Origin: Paraspadella gotoi
Taxonomy: Eukaryota; Animalia; Chaetognatha
Length of the DNA: 64,000 nucleotides
NCBI GenBank assembly: GCA_051294375.1
Contig: CM119264.1
Coordinates: 18,833,820-18,897,819 of the forward strand
Direction of reading: 5' to 3'
Shown here: positions 12,686 through 25,443 of the stretch, piece after piece
Numbering within the stretch: the stretch's first letter is position 1
Layout: the number at the start of each line of letters is the position of its first letter
Notes under the pieces: generated by a model
Seen by the model: only the letters and a program-made list of their open reading frames with translations
Told to the model about the DNA's origin: nothing
Databases searched by the model: none
Program-made: the position numbers and the translations under genes

Positions 12686-14519
12686 TTATGTCAAAAAAAA
12701 CAAAAAGCTGTTTTTCTCCTAAGAATTAACCAAAAAAATTCGGTGAGGTCTTCTTGCCTCCATACAGTGTAAGTCAAAGTTGATTATCGAAAGTTGTATA
12801 TCGTATAACGCAATGAGGAAAATTGTACAATTGTAATAGATAATAAGCAATGCTAGATAAGTACTATTTTAATAAGCTACGTCCGCTGAGAATATACGTA
12901 CCAGTAATGCACAAAATGAAAAAATCAGAATTTATTCTAAAGAAAAAGAGCGAACACAAAAAAGGTTGTTGAAAACTTTATTCAGCACTCTCTCTCTCTC
13001 TGCGAGGCCTTCAACGTTAACCCCCGCCCCCATCCAGGGTCGAAGTCTTTAGCTCCCGCCCCACGAAGGGAGGAGGACGGAGCAGTATAGTCGTTGCAAA
13101 TGCAGACAATGTTACTTTCTATTAATTACGTAAATAATAACTACTAAGTACTAAGTACTAAGTACGAAGTATAAAAGTCAAACCGCAAAGGTTTTCGATG
13201 ACGTGGTCGAATTTACTTAGACAATCTGACAATAGTGAGATGGATAGATACGTTATATGTAAAATTGTACATGGACCATTGTAGGTAGTAGGTATCCTTT
13301 GCAAAAAGGACGTATAAAGTAACAAAGTTAAAAATGACAAAATGACAGTACCGAAAAAATAAAAATTTTCAACCTACTACAACATTAGTATTCGGATTAA
13401 AGCATTACATTGCCAACTCTTGATTTTCAAGTAATTCCAAATGGGGTTCGACATTGTAAGAAAACACTGAGCCAGAGCTAGCGCTAACATGAGGTAGACT
13501 GTGATATCAATGTTGTCTTCTCTCAGAATTGAGTCTACAGAGAGAGAGAGAGAGAGAGAGAGAGATATTTCGTAAGAGCAATTTATGAGCAAATTATGAT
13601 AACTGCTTGATGACGGCCGTTTTCACAACTAATGGCAAACAACAACATTTCCGAAGGTCATGAGATGCAGATGGAACAGCTATCAACGATCTTGGAAAAG
13701 GTGACTGATAGTGATAAGGGTATTTCTGACTTCTGAATATTAAATACTATGTAATCGTTTTGACAAAGGACTAAAAAAATTGGCGCCGACTTTGTGTATC
13801 ATATATACATATTTTGCCAACACCTCTACTAATTTCGAGATTTCAAAAATTACAATCTAATAAATTAAACATTTCTTGTTTATAATTTGATAAAGACTTT
13901 GCTTATAAATTTTATTTTTGTTACGATATCAATTTTGGCAGCTTTAAACCACCTTGGCATATGACTCGAACATCTAACAACTAACAAACATCGCGTTTAA
14001 TGTGAATCAGTTTCTTTTTTTTTCAGCTTTTTATAACAAAATAAGTTTAAAGTTAACTATTAACAATTAACATCAAAAGGCTACAAAGGCAAACAAACTT
14101 ATTCAAATTAAATTTAAACAATATTGTTTTCTAAGCTGGATTTCATCCGCTTCCAACTTTAAAAGCTTGCAAAGGGATAAAGTATAACAAAATTCTGGAG
14201 TCATATTGGGAAAGGCCGACAAAACTACGATGAAGCCGATTCCTTTGCCGACACATGTGAAGCAAGAAAATTCGATCTGACGCTACATATCAAGTGAACG
14301 AAAACCAAAATTTTAATACTATCAGTCTTTAAAACAAGGAACGGTTATTCCACTTTGTTGCGCCGCCTTACTTTTCTTTTTAATTATCATGTAATTTATT
14401 CTTTATAGTTTTTAAGATTTCTTTAAAAACAAAAGGCGGCGCCAATAGTCGCTGAGATTTGATTTTTAACAAATGAGCAACAATCTATAGGCAAGTTATA
14501 AGCATTTTTAACGTAAGTG

Positions 14520-14611
14520 AAACAGACTAATGGATAAACCTACCGAGGGACCGACTGACCAAAAAGCGACTTATAGAGTTGCTCCGCGAATACTCGCGGC
14601 GCAACTAAAAA
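14520..14611 (-). mobile_element. Terminus of a non-autonomous Helitron/Helentron-like element
   Basis: Minus strand: TTTTT-AGTTGC-GCCGCGA-gtat-TCGCGG-A-GCAACT-CTATAAGTCGC followed by a GGTC/GTCC-type microsatellite. A noisy related copy lies at ~18790-18910, and a similar architecture at ~21211-21280. Confidence 0.55.
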
Positions 14612-15351
14612 TAGAATTCCGATTATTCTAAGAAATTCAAAGAATATTTTAACTCTTATCCGATTTGTAATTAGTTAATAAATCCTTTTTTATTTTTATA
14701 ATACTTTTACAAATTTTTGTCAATGATTACCTTTAAAATTGTTAAAAAGTCGTTCGTTCCGTGGAATTTTCGGTATGAGTTTAAATCCTTTTTTGAAAGG
14801 TTTTTTTTAATTTGACGATAGCAATAATTGAAAAGGGCGCGCTGGATTTGAAACTTGTCTTTCGATGGGTTTCGTCTTCTATGATGCAAACAAGATTTCG
14901 CGTCTATGGTGCGTGAGACGCGTCTGATCCGAGACATGGAGGAGGAGGAAGAGGAAGAGGAGAAGGATGAGGAGGGAGAAAAGCAAAATAAAATATGATT
15001 GCGGAGGAAACGAGAAGGGGAATGTAGGGAGAAAAACGTAACATTAAATTATGAACAATGGGAGTTATATTTTTATATAAATTTTTTCCCAGCTTAGTAT
15101 ATTATTTGCGTCATCATAACTCGTGTTATATGCCTCAAACTTTTGATAACCTAATTCTAATATGAGACCCGAGTTGGAAAACCCTACAACAAAATCTAAA
15201 CGGGTATATAAAAATTCCTTTTTATTACAATATCAACATTAAATAATTTATAACAAAACAAGTAATCAAAAAAAAATTGGCAAAGAAAAATATTTTGATA
15301 AAGCAATACGTAAAAATAAAAGTCGATATATACGTAAAACGATTTTAAAAA

Positions 15352-16077
15352 TCAGCAAGATTGGCAAAGGTACGGCTTCTTTTCGTCGCAGTCTTGGTCG
15401 CTCCAGCGACCATCTCCATCTGCTGCGACGTCCATCGCGGCGCAGTTCCTCTCCTCGCCCCCCACCGGTCCCGACTCCTTCCAGTAGGCGAAGACGACCA
15501 TCTTGCCGTCGACCCATCCCCAGACGTCCTCGTTGGCGTTGTCGCTGGCGCCGATCCAGAAACTCGCCGTCGAGTTAACACCGAACTCTGCGAAGGCGCG
15601 AGACGCCGCCCGCGCCGTCGCTAACACCGCCAAGTGCGCGCCGCGTTTGGCACAGTCGTTCCTGGCGTCGATCCACCGGAGCGCTGGCGTCGTCAATGTA
15701 TAGGTACAATTGGCGTCCGACCACGACGACGGATGAACGGGCTGGGCGGACTTGGTCATCGCCGCCGCCACAGGAGGAGGGCTTTCTTCCATGAGAGCGG
15801 CGTAGCGGACTAAGCGATCGCCCCAGCGCAATCGTCCGACGTATTCGTCAAAGCCTGTCGTGACGAAGTACGAGCCGTCGTGGCCGCCCAACGGTCCGCG
15901 ATAGACGTAAGGGTCATAGACGTGATGGTAGCCGCGATGGTAGTTAAAATAGGGTTCGTAGAAGCCAGAGTAATGAGTGTGATGATACCGGTTGTTGCTG
16001 TTGACAGTGCTGCAGCATTGTGCGAAGGAGAAAAGGGTGAGGGCGACGATAAATCTGAGCAGCGAAGTTTCGGCCAT
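15352..16077 (-). CDS. Secreted C-type lectin domain protein (241 aa, single exon) with His/Tyr/Gly-rich N-terminal region
   Basis: Signal peptide MAETSLLRFIVALTLFSFAQCCS. CTLD motifs: CTY...WIDARNDC...AHLA...FWIGASD...WGWVDG...YW...NCAAM...WSDQDC...PYLCQ. Confidence 0.9.
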   Translation of the reverse strand: MAETSLLRFIVALTLFSFAQCCSTVNSNNRYHHTHYSGFYEPYFNYHRGYHHVYDPYVYRGPLGGHDGSYFVTTGFDEYVGRLRWGDRLVRYAALMEESPPPVAAAMTKSAQPVHPSSWSDANCTYTLTTPALRWIDARNDCAKRGAHLAVLATARAASRAFAEFGVNSTASFWIGASDNANEDVWGWVDGKMVVFAYWKESGPVGGEERNCAAMDVAADGDGRWSDQDCDEKKPYLCQSC

Positions 16078-16689
16078 TTTGATTTAACGCTGGAGCAAAT
16101 AAAAGAAAAGTGAAAGGAAAAATGAAAAGCGGCAAAATCCTTTAAGATGTTTTTTACAAATAAACAAACGAGCAAAAATCTTAAAAGTATAGTGATCTCG
16201 CCAGACGTTACTATCAAAAAAAATTAAAGAAAAAAAAAAGATTGATGTAATAATAATTAATAAATTGATACAATAATGATTGATTAATGTAATAGTAAAT
16301 GATTGATTTATATAATAATAGATTGATGCGATAATAACCAAATATTGATGCGATGATAAAAAAAACCGCTGGACAACCGCTGCAGACCTGAACTCGTTTT
16401 TAAACGAATCAGAAAAAGCAGCGACGGCAAAAAAGAACGACATATTTAAACAAGTATGAGAAAAAAATGCCGGATCTGTCTAATATATATTAGAAAAACC
16501 ATAATGATAATATTTATTCGTGATTTTTAATTTGATTTGATGATCCTTAATTTTATTAATTTTTTTATTTTTAATGCTATTAATGCAATTAATCTTGCTC
16601 AATACTCATTTATCGTTTGAATGTCAAATTGTTTTTTTATCGTTTGATTGTTTTATCTTTTTATTAAAAAAAATCATTAGTGGTAAGCA

Positions 16690-17180
16690 GCTGATCCGAT
16701 AATTAATATTAATTTTATTTCCGTATCAAAATCGTTCATTTTGTTGCGCTTTTCAATCAAAACAATCTCGATCATAAAATTAATTATAAATAATTACTTA
16801 TTTATTAACAATTAATTAAGGCAGCTTGAATTTACATTTAATATAAAAATAAAAAAAGCATAATCAAATAGTAAAATAAATTTTTTTTTCCCCCATTTTA
16901 ATGTATTTCCACTTGGACGATTCCATCAAAACTTTATATTCTGCTCAATCACACACTTTCCAACCCACATACAAAATTTGAAATCAATCATCACTTTCAC
17001 TCATGAGTAATTAACATTCAAATAATAATATAGATTATTTTTTTTATTTTAACTCAATTCCATTTGGACGATTCCATCTTTTCTACCCATACCAAAATTT
17101 CATTCCAATCCATCTATCAAATCACGAATAATTGATGTTTTTTGTTAAAGTAGGACGGATGGATGGACAGACGAAGGATG
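16690..17180 (-). repeat. Dispersed Helitron-like repeat family member
   Basis: Shares blocks (tatgggt..aaagtgtgtgattgagc, aagttt.gatggaat..ccaag.ggaaat, GTCC/GTCT microsatellite) with 21410-21750, 22360-22640 and 37140-37565. Confidence 0.55.
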
Positions 17181-19859
17181 GACTTGTGCATAATTTATCA
17201 TAATAATTCGTGAATTAAGGCTAAGGGTAAATTAAAGTTAAGGATAAAATATGATAAAAAAATAAGCTAAAATTAACTTAAATATAATAATTTAAATAAA
17301 ATTTTAAAAAACCTTAAAAGCATAAGGATCTTCGCAATCGCATAAGAAAAATCTGGATTGACGACAAATTTTGATTCTAAAAAAATCAAATTTGAAAAAA
17401 GAAAATTAATTTATAAACAGAAAAAAAAAGAATAATAAATATAAAACAGTAAAATAACTTAATTTCGAGTTTAATTTATAGCAAGTGCTAAGTCTGGAGA
17501 GACATTATTGAAGGTACTTTTGTTTTACTTTTAGCCGGCATAAGCAAGCAGTTTGATCGAATGCGACCTTTAAAACTGTCAACATTCCCAGACAAAAGAC
17601 AAAGTGAAACTTGAATCAGAGTGACGAAGTGAAGTAAATTGAAGTAAAATGAAGTAAATCAAAAGGCAGCAGCAGAAGAAAAGAGAGAAAAAGAATAAGC
17701 CCCTGCAGAGCCAGCTGCAGACACAGAAAGCAGCAGGCAGCGAGGAAAAAAAGAGAAAAAGAAAGAGAGAAGTAAGCATACCTATAACTCCAACCGACAT
17801 TGTCAAGAGTTATGATACTCCATTTTTAATATATATTCTCCGCACAACTAAACTACCAGCATATGATGTGGCCAACAGGAAAAGGATGAGGATGCCATAC
17901 ATATATAAATCAAAAATAACGAAGATGAGAGCAGAAGAGTCTCCAAACAAAAATCATATAGGAGAAATGTCCTACAAAGGTGCTTGTCGTGGTGTAATAT
18001 AAACGGGTAAACCCTCCACGAGGAACCTATACACTTTATATCCTCACATTCACTCTGAAACTAAATTCTCACTCATCCCGAATGAAATCTTTCCTCGCTA
18101 TAAGAATCTTCATCTCAGGCTATTTTTCTCTCACACATCTGAATGCTCTCAACCTCATATAAATATCACATGCTCTCTGATCTGTACAGATCTCTTTGAT
18201 ACTCTCGACTCAGAACTCCTTTTGATTATATGAGAGTGTTTGGTGCTCTGGCACCTGTCTTCATCCTGGATCTATAGAGATCTACAGCACTCAGTATAAA
18301 TTGTATCATTTTATGCGTTTCAATATTATATATCTGTTATTATGTATATAACATACTTATAAACTCGTTAATCAAAAATAGCGTAGTGTATAATAAATAT
18401 AGTGCACTCGAGTAGAAGTATTTCTTATCTATCTAATTACTAGTCGTAACATATATCAATTCGTATCATTAATATTATGTTCTCGTGGATCTCTATTCTC
18501 TACTTGCTTCTCGCGCTCCAATACCGAGCCTCCCCGCCTCTCTCAATTATCTGCTTGTCTCAGGTTCTAATATATCACTATAAATCACTTGTCAGAACAT
18601 CATATATATAACATAATTCGCTCTAATATAAACATGTACTCCGTCCCCCTAGAACAAAAAACATCTATCTCATATTCTCTCTTTGCTACGACATCACTCT
18701 TCCGTATATATCCATTCACTCAACTCGCATAGTTATGTGTTTGATTGTATATTGTAAACCATTGCTTCATCACGGATACCATAATTATACAAAACTTTTT
18801 ATGTTGCCGCACGCAAAGTACTCGTGGTAAGCATACTCTTATAAGTCACTTACGGATTTATTTAGGATCTGTTCGGTCCTATCGTTATATCTTCGTCCTG
18901 GTCTGTCCCCACTTACGATAAAAATGCATATAATTTACCTAATTTGCCTTAAGTTTGCCTAATGCCTCATAGTTAGTTACTCATTTGTTAAGGAAAAAAA
19001 AACTTCAAATCTAAGGAACTGCTAGCGCCCCCTTTAGGATTCGAAAAAAACTATAAGGAATAAAAACGGTAATTCCGATTTAGTGCTGTTCATTAAATAC
19101 ACAGGAAGTTATTGTAGTCATGTAAGTCATGTCATGTTCGCGTCATATCATGTGTACTGTCACGTCAATGGTCATTGTCACGAGAAATTTACGTGATAAG
19201 GCAGTCACTGCGCGCAACATATTTGAATTACCGTTATTTTCTCTCACTTACTTTTTCACTTTTTACCGCATTATTTAACTTAGCCATATGTTTTAGACTG
19301 TTTCGCGATTTTCTCCATTTGAAGCAGTTTTTAACTTTTTTATATCCTCTTTTTAAAATTAATATTACTTGTTTTTACTTTTTTTCATATTTATCTCATA
19401 TATTAACCTTCGCCCGTATTATTTTAACAATGAAATACAACAACGGTCTGAATATTTTTTTCCTCATACTCATTCGATAGTCAGACGAATACGAATCTTG
19501 TGGTCGGGCATTAATATTGTTTCTGATAATATTCCCATGGTGCACCATCATCATTTTCCATACCTATTGCCCTGTTTCACGATGATCCCGCCTAGAGACG
19601 AAGTCAACAATGTCAAAATGGTCAATACTCTTGGCTCGTTTCGCATCTCCTTCGAAATTGGCGCGAACCGGAAAACCCTCGATTGCGCCTCGCGTGGACC
19701 TGAACAATTTAAATTTTTACTTGTGTCTTTCCTCACGCCATATACATACTTCGTCACCCCTGTTGACTCTCTGCGTTCGCTTCTCGATCCCTCTCGGTGG
19801 CTACACCTCGTAAGTCTGATCGAACTTTATCTCGCATGCTCTCTCTCTGGCTCTCTCTC

Positions 19860-19973
19860 TTCCGTGTAATTTCTCTCGTCTCTTTCTCTCCTCCCTCTCT
19901 GGCTCTCTCTCTCTTTATCTCTCTCGTTCTTGCTGCGTCTTTATTTCTCTCTCTCTCTCTCTCTTCATATTTT

Positions 19974-20015
<42 letters not shown>

Positions 20016-20016
20016 T

Positions 20017-20069
<53 letters not shown>

Positions 20070-20520
20070 CTCTCTCCTCTTCTCTCTCTGTTTCTCTTCT
20101 ACTCTCTCTTCTTCTCTCTCTCTCTCTTTATTAATCTCCTCTCTCTCCTCTCTCTCTGACGTCTCTTCTCTCTCTCTCTCCTCTCGCTCTCTCCCTCTCT
20201 TCTCTCTCTCTCTCTCTTCTCTCTCCTCCTCATTAGCGTCTCTCTCACTCTCTCGCCTCTTGCCGCTCTCCTCATCTCTCTCCTCTCTCCTCCTCTCTCT
20301 GCTCTCTATCTCTCCTCTCCTCTCCCGCCCTACCCTCTCTACTCTCTCGTCTCTCATCTCCCTGCCCCTTCTCCTCACCTACCCTCCCTCTCCTTCTCTC
20401 TCACCTTCTCATCTCTCTCTCTCTACTCCCTCTCTTTACTCTCTTCTTTCAGTTCCTCATCTACGTCTCTCCCTCCCTCTCTCTCCTCTCGCATCTTCCT
20501 CCCGTTTCCCTTTTCCGAGT
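19860..20520. repeat. Long degenerate (CT)n low-complexity tract
   Basis: More than 600 bp of interrupted CT dinucleotide repeat next to a scaffold gap. Confidence 0.85.
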
Positions 20521-21101
20521 CGTCGTCGTCGCCCTCATCGTCGTTCAGCCTCGTCGTCGTCTCGCAGGAAAACGCGGCGCGAAAATTCGACGCCCTTCAC
20601 CTGGTGAATTGAGAGGAATGAACTCAAAGTCGCGCGATTTCGACGGATGACGTAACCGAACGACGAAGTCCCCAATCGATGTTTCGACGCGCGTTCGCCG
20701 CCATCATCTATGGCGAAACTGGGCAAAATTTGATCACGTGACGTTAATATCACGAATATTAATTGGATCATTTTCTTCCCATTTGTTCATTTTCGTTGGT
20801 CAAAATTTTGAAAAAGGGTGAATCAATCCAAACCTGCAAAAATTTTCTACTAACGGCGAACGACAAAAGTCGAAACGTCTAACGGCGAACGCCAACGACG
20901 AAACGAATATTCGTCTTCCGTTTCTTCGTCCCGTCGCCATTGACGAGAGAGGAGAGCAGAGAGAGAGAGGAGAGGGACGACTGGAGACGACGCGAGAGAG
21001 CAGATTCGAGAGGACGAGCTGAGAGCGAGAGAGATGAGAAGCGATGAGAGAGAGAGGAGATCGATGATCCGAGAAGNNNNNNNNNNNNNNNNNNNNNNNN
21101 N

Positions 21102-22721
21102 AAAATACTTATTATATAATAAATTTAATATAAAATATTTTTAACAAATTTTATTAATAAAAAAGAATAAAAAATATTTTGCCCGAGTAGCTTATCTAAT
21201 CAATTCAGCGTTTTTAGTCGGATTTTTCTTATCAGCAGATCCCGACTCTATAATTCACTTTGTCGGTCCATCGGTCCCCCCCTCAATCTTGTCGAACAAT
21301 TATTTAAATCATGTCAGAACATCAAATTATGATCAATTTTGCTAATTGAAAATGAAGACAAAGTCTTGTTACAGCAACAATTTTATTTTAATGTACAGAT
21401 AAATTTTGCAAAAAAATGATATCCGTCCCGCCTTAGCAAAAAACTCCAATTACTCGTGATTGGATTGATTGATTGGAATAAAATTTTTGAGTATGGGTAA
21501 GAAAGTGTATGATTAAGCCGTGTAACTTAAATTTTTAATAAAATAATTAAAGTAAAAAAATTATACAAATTATAAAAATTATGCAGGTTAAAATAATGAT
21601 ACAAATTTAAAAATGATGCAAGTTAAAATATAATAGTTAAAAAATTATTTGTTTGTAATACTGGTTTGGAATAATAAGATCTGTTATGAACAGTTAGGAT
21701 CACAAATTAAAAAAATTATTATCATTTATCATCCGATAAGCTGATAACCGCTTAATTATCGTAGGCAGATCCGACATTGTTTGCTCAAACTTGTTAAAAT
21801 TATTGTTATCAGGTCTGAATTTTTGTTNNNNNNNNNNCAGCACTGGGGAACAGAAAGAGAGAGCTACATATATTTAAAAAAGAAAAGAGAAGAAAACAAA
21901 AAAATAAAGAGAAAATGTTTGTTTTAATAAAACGTAAACAAAACATTTAATAACTGTCCTGACTAAATTTTAAGCACATCGATGATGAGAATCTGTATAT
22001 AAATTTTCAGCTTTATACATTCAAATTTAATCATAAAAAAGGCGATCTACAATTTGGAACGACGACGACGATAACGACGCCACTTATGAGCAAAACCACA
22101 GCGACGATAAAAAATACTTATTATATAATAAATTTAATATAAAATATTTTTAACAAATTTTATTAATAAAAAAGAATAAAAAATATTTTGCCCGAGTAGC
22201 TTATCTAATCAATTCAGCGTTTTTAATCAAATTTTCTTATTATGCCGACTCTATAATTCACTTTGTCGGTCCATCGGTCCCCCCCTCAATCTTGTCGGGC
22301 AATCATTTAAATCATGTCAGAACATCAAATTATAATAAATTTTGCAAAAAAATGATATCCGTCCCCCCTTAGCAAAAAACTCCAATTACTCGTGATTGGA
22401 TTGATTGATTGGAATAAAATTTTGAGTATGGGTAAGAAAGTGTGTGATTAAGCTGTGTAACTTGAATTTTTAATAAAATAATTAAAGTAAAAAAAATGAT
22501 ACAAATTACAAAAATTATGCAGGTTAAAATAATGATACGAATTTAAAAATGATGCAAGTTAAAATATAATAATTTAAAAATTTTTTGTTTGTAATACTGG
22601 TTTGGAATAGTAAGATCTGTTATGAACAGTTAGGCAGATCCGACATTGTTTGCTCAAACTTGATAAAATTATTGTTATCACGGTCTGAATTTTTGTTTAT
22701 AAAAACTTTTTTCGTGACAAA
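21102..22721. repeat. Near-identical direct duplication (21102-21827 vs ~22110-22721) bounded by N gaps
   Basis: Both copies begin aaaatacttattatataataaattt and end tctgaatttttgtt; likely haplotype or assembly redundancy. Confidence 0.75.
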
Positions 22722-23632
22722 NNNNNNNNNNNNNNNNNNNNNNNNNNNNNNNNNNNNNNNNNNNNNNNNNNNNNNNNNNNNNNNNNNNNNNNNNNNNNNN
22801 NNNNNNNNNNNNNNNNNNNNNNNNNNNNNNNNNNNNNNNNNNNNNNNNNNNNNNNNNNNNNNNNNNNNNNNNNNNNNNNNNNNNNNNNNNNNNNNNNNNN
22901 NNNNNNNNNNNNNNNNNNNNNNNNNNNNNNNNNNNNNNNNNNNNNNNNNNNNNNNNNNNNNNNNNNNNNNNNNNNNNNNNNNNNNNNNNNNNNNNNNNNN
23001 NNNNNNNNNNNNNNNNNNNNNNNNNNNNNNNNNNNNNNNNNNNNNNNNNNNNNNNNNNNNNNNNNNNNNNNNNNNNNNNNNNNNNNNNNNNNNNNNNNNN
23101 NNNNNNNNNNNNNNNNNNNNNNNNNNNNNNNNNNNNNNNNNNNNNNNNNNNNNNNNNNNNNNNNNNNNNNNNNNNNNNNNNNNNNNNNNNNNNNNNNNNN
23201 NNNNNNNNNNNNNNNNNNNNNNNNNNNNNNNNNNNNNNNNNNNNNNNNNNNNNNNNNNNNNNNNNNNNNNNNNNNNNNNNNNNNNNNNNNNNNNNNNNNN
23301 NNNNNNNNNNNNNNNNNNNNNNNNNNNNNNNNNNNNNNNNNNNNNNNNNNNNNNNNNNNNNNNNNNNNNNNNNNNNNNNNNNNNNNNNNNNNNNNNNNNN
23401 NNNNNNNNNNNNNNNNNNNNNNNNNNNNNNNNNNNNNNNNNNNNNNNNNNNNNNNNNNNNNNNNNNNNNNNNNNNNNNNNNNNNNNNNNNNNNNNNNNNN
23501 NNNNNNNNNCTTCTTCCGACGATATCTCTGAAACTGTAAATTAAGTTAAAACAAACAAGAATATCTACTGAAAGATGAACTGAATGGCACCAAAATTATA
23601 ACAAAAATTTTAGACTGATACTGATCGAAGCG

Positions 23633-24408
23633 ATGTTGCGATGGAAATCACGGCTGAAGTTCCTCGTGAAGAACGGACTAACCCTATGGGTCGTTGTCAC
23701 CGTTGTCTTTATCATCTGCTTTAGAGGTCAAAGGTTGGGAATTAAATTTATATTTAAATCTACTTTCTTAGACATCCGCATTGTTTATTTTTTTATTATT
23801 TTTCTGGTAATTTTTTTACATTTTAGCGACAAAGACCTAGTGCTTCCAAAGTTTACTCGAATGACGCCTTCTGTTTCGAAGACAACCGCTCAGCAACGGT
23901 ATATGCCATATCAATTAGTATTCGCTTTGTAAAAAGTTACGTAAAATCAATTATTTTACCCTTATTTGGTATTGCAAGTATTAAGATACAAAAAGGATAA
24001 ATTCCCATCATTTTTATCAAATTTCAGTGGCGATGTCTTTTTAGCGTCTCCAAGTGCAACGATATACGAAGTAGTTCGTACTTGTCTTTAATCAGCGCCA
24101 TCTATTACGGCGTCGACTGCAACACTTCCTGCGCGGTTCGTCCTCTCCGTTGCGACAATTGTTTCCCAAGCGATTTCGGGACTTTGTTGAGCAACTCGCG
24201 CCTGTGCGCCGTCAGCCGCGTCCGCCTGCGTGTCCTATTCTTGATCCACACGCGCCCAGAATCGATCTATAAACGCGACGGCATTCGCTCCACATGGGCG
24301 TCGCAAGCGCGTGACGCGACCCTGGTCTTTGTCACTGGAAAGAGTCGCCGCGCCGAAATCAACGCTTCGCTGCGACTGGAGAGCGAGAGGCACGGTGACA
24401 TTTTACAG
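23633..24408 (+). other. Redundant copy of exons 1-3 of the GT31 galactosyltransferase gene (probable assembly duplicate)
   Basis: 23510-24498 is nearly identical to ~25320-26308, introns included, and is isolated between two N gaps. Exons 23633-23733, 23827-23898, 24028-24408; one 1-bp deletion early in exon 3. Confidence 0.7.
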
Positions 24409-24645
24409 GTCTGTCATTCAGCTTCTTGCCCAGTTAGAAAAGTTTCGCAAAAATTAAGTTTGGCTCATTGGGGTGGTAATTGGGTAATAATTTTTTTTNN
24501 NNNNNNNNNNNNNNNNNNNNNNNNNNNNNNNNNNNNNNNNNNNNNNNNNNNNNNNNNNNNNNNNNNNNNNNNNNNNNNNNNNNNNNNNNNNNNNNNNNGT
24601 CTGAATTTTTGTTTATAAAAACTTTTTTCGTGACAAAGTAAATCA

Positions 24646-24765
24646 TTTTATTTTATTACAACGTTATTTTAATAAATTCGTACACGTTTCGACTCAATTC
24701 GAATCTTCTTCAGCGCTGAAGAAGACTCGAATTTATTAAAATATCGTAGTTGTAATAAAATAAAA
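24646..24765. mobile_element. 120-bp palindromic Penelope-type fragment with a minimal hammerhead
   Basis: Palindrome centred on CAGCGCTG (24711-24718). Minus strand gives CUGAAGA-A-GAUUC-gaauu-GAGUC-GAAA-CGUG-UA; the plus-strand partner is truncated after CUGAAGAAGACUCGAAUU. Confidence 0.7.
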
Positions 24766-25181
24766 GAACTGTTACTTTTCACGAATTTCCAAAAACAACG
24801 AAAAATAAATGAAAATACCACGATCAAACTTTATTTTTTAATATTTTTTCTCTTCGTTTTTCCATAAGCCTCCCGAGCATATTAAATTCCAGAATGACCA
24901 ATCAAAATTATTTGCAAACCTTATCACAATTCCAAAATGTTTAATCTAAATATTAATTTTAAATCATTTTTAGATCGAGAAAAAAAAAATCTACTAATCT
25001 AAATAATTAACATCGTCGATTCTTCAGGTGGAGACAAAAATTTGAAATTTATGAGGCAATGTAGTAATTCGTTCCTGCCGTCGAAACAAGGAAGACACTC
25101 TTCTACTTTGGCGGAAAAAGTGAACCAAAATTTTGAACGTAACGGGAATAGAGGGGAATTTCAACAGCGATTTACTATCTT

Positions 25182-25219
<38 letters not shown>

Positions 25220-25443
25220 TACTCCAATCTCTTATCTCTTATCTCTCTCTTATCCATTCGTTTAATAAATAATAATATAACGAAACAGCAGCAGCTTGTC
25301 GAACGTCGCAAGTTGCGCCTTCTTCCGACGATATCTCTGAAACTGTAAATTAAGTTAAAACAAACAAGAATATCTACTGAAGAGATGAACTGAATGGAAC
25401 CAAAATTATAACAAAAATTTTAGACTGATACTGATCGAAGCCG

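Larger units (their letters stand above)
11426..12722. mobile_element. ~240-bp inverted repeat arms (11426-11669 and 12483-12722) carrying Penelope-type hammerhead ribozymes
   Basis: The arms are reverse complements (e.g. gacataattagccagacatgtttcggctcattcagttagag vs ctctaactgaatgagccgaacatgtctggctaattatgtc). Each contains CTGATGA...GAA(A)CATGTC and an internal (GA)n tract. Confidence 0.75.

Noticed and set aside
13000-13110. Possible HDV-like ribozyme
   Set aside because: Only a single GC-rich hairpin could be formed; no nested double pseudoknot.
19797-20607. Long Ser/Leu- or Arg/Glu-rich ORFs (also near 7902, 9480, 42153, 44576, 57749)
   Set aside because: Translations of (CT/GA)n microsatellites.
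22585-23544. 319-aa ORF
   Set aside because: Consists almost entirely of an N gap.
23510-24498. Tandem duplication or pseudogenisation of the GT31 gene
   Set aside because: Introns are nearly identical, the copy is bounded by N gaps, and the indels are complementary; best explained as an assembly artefact.
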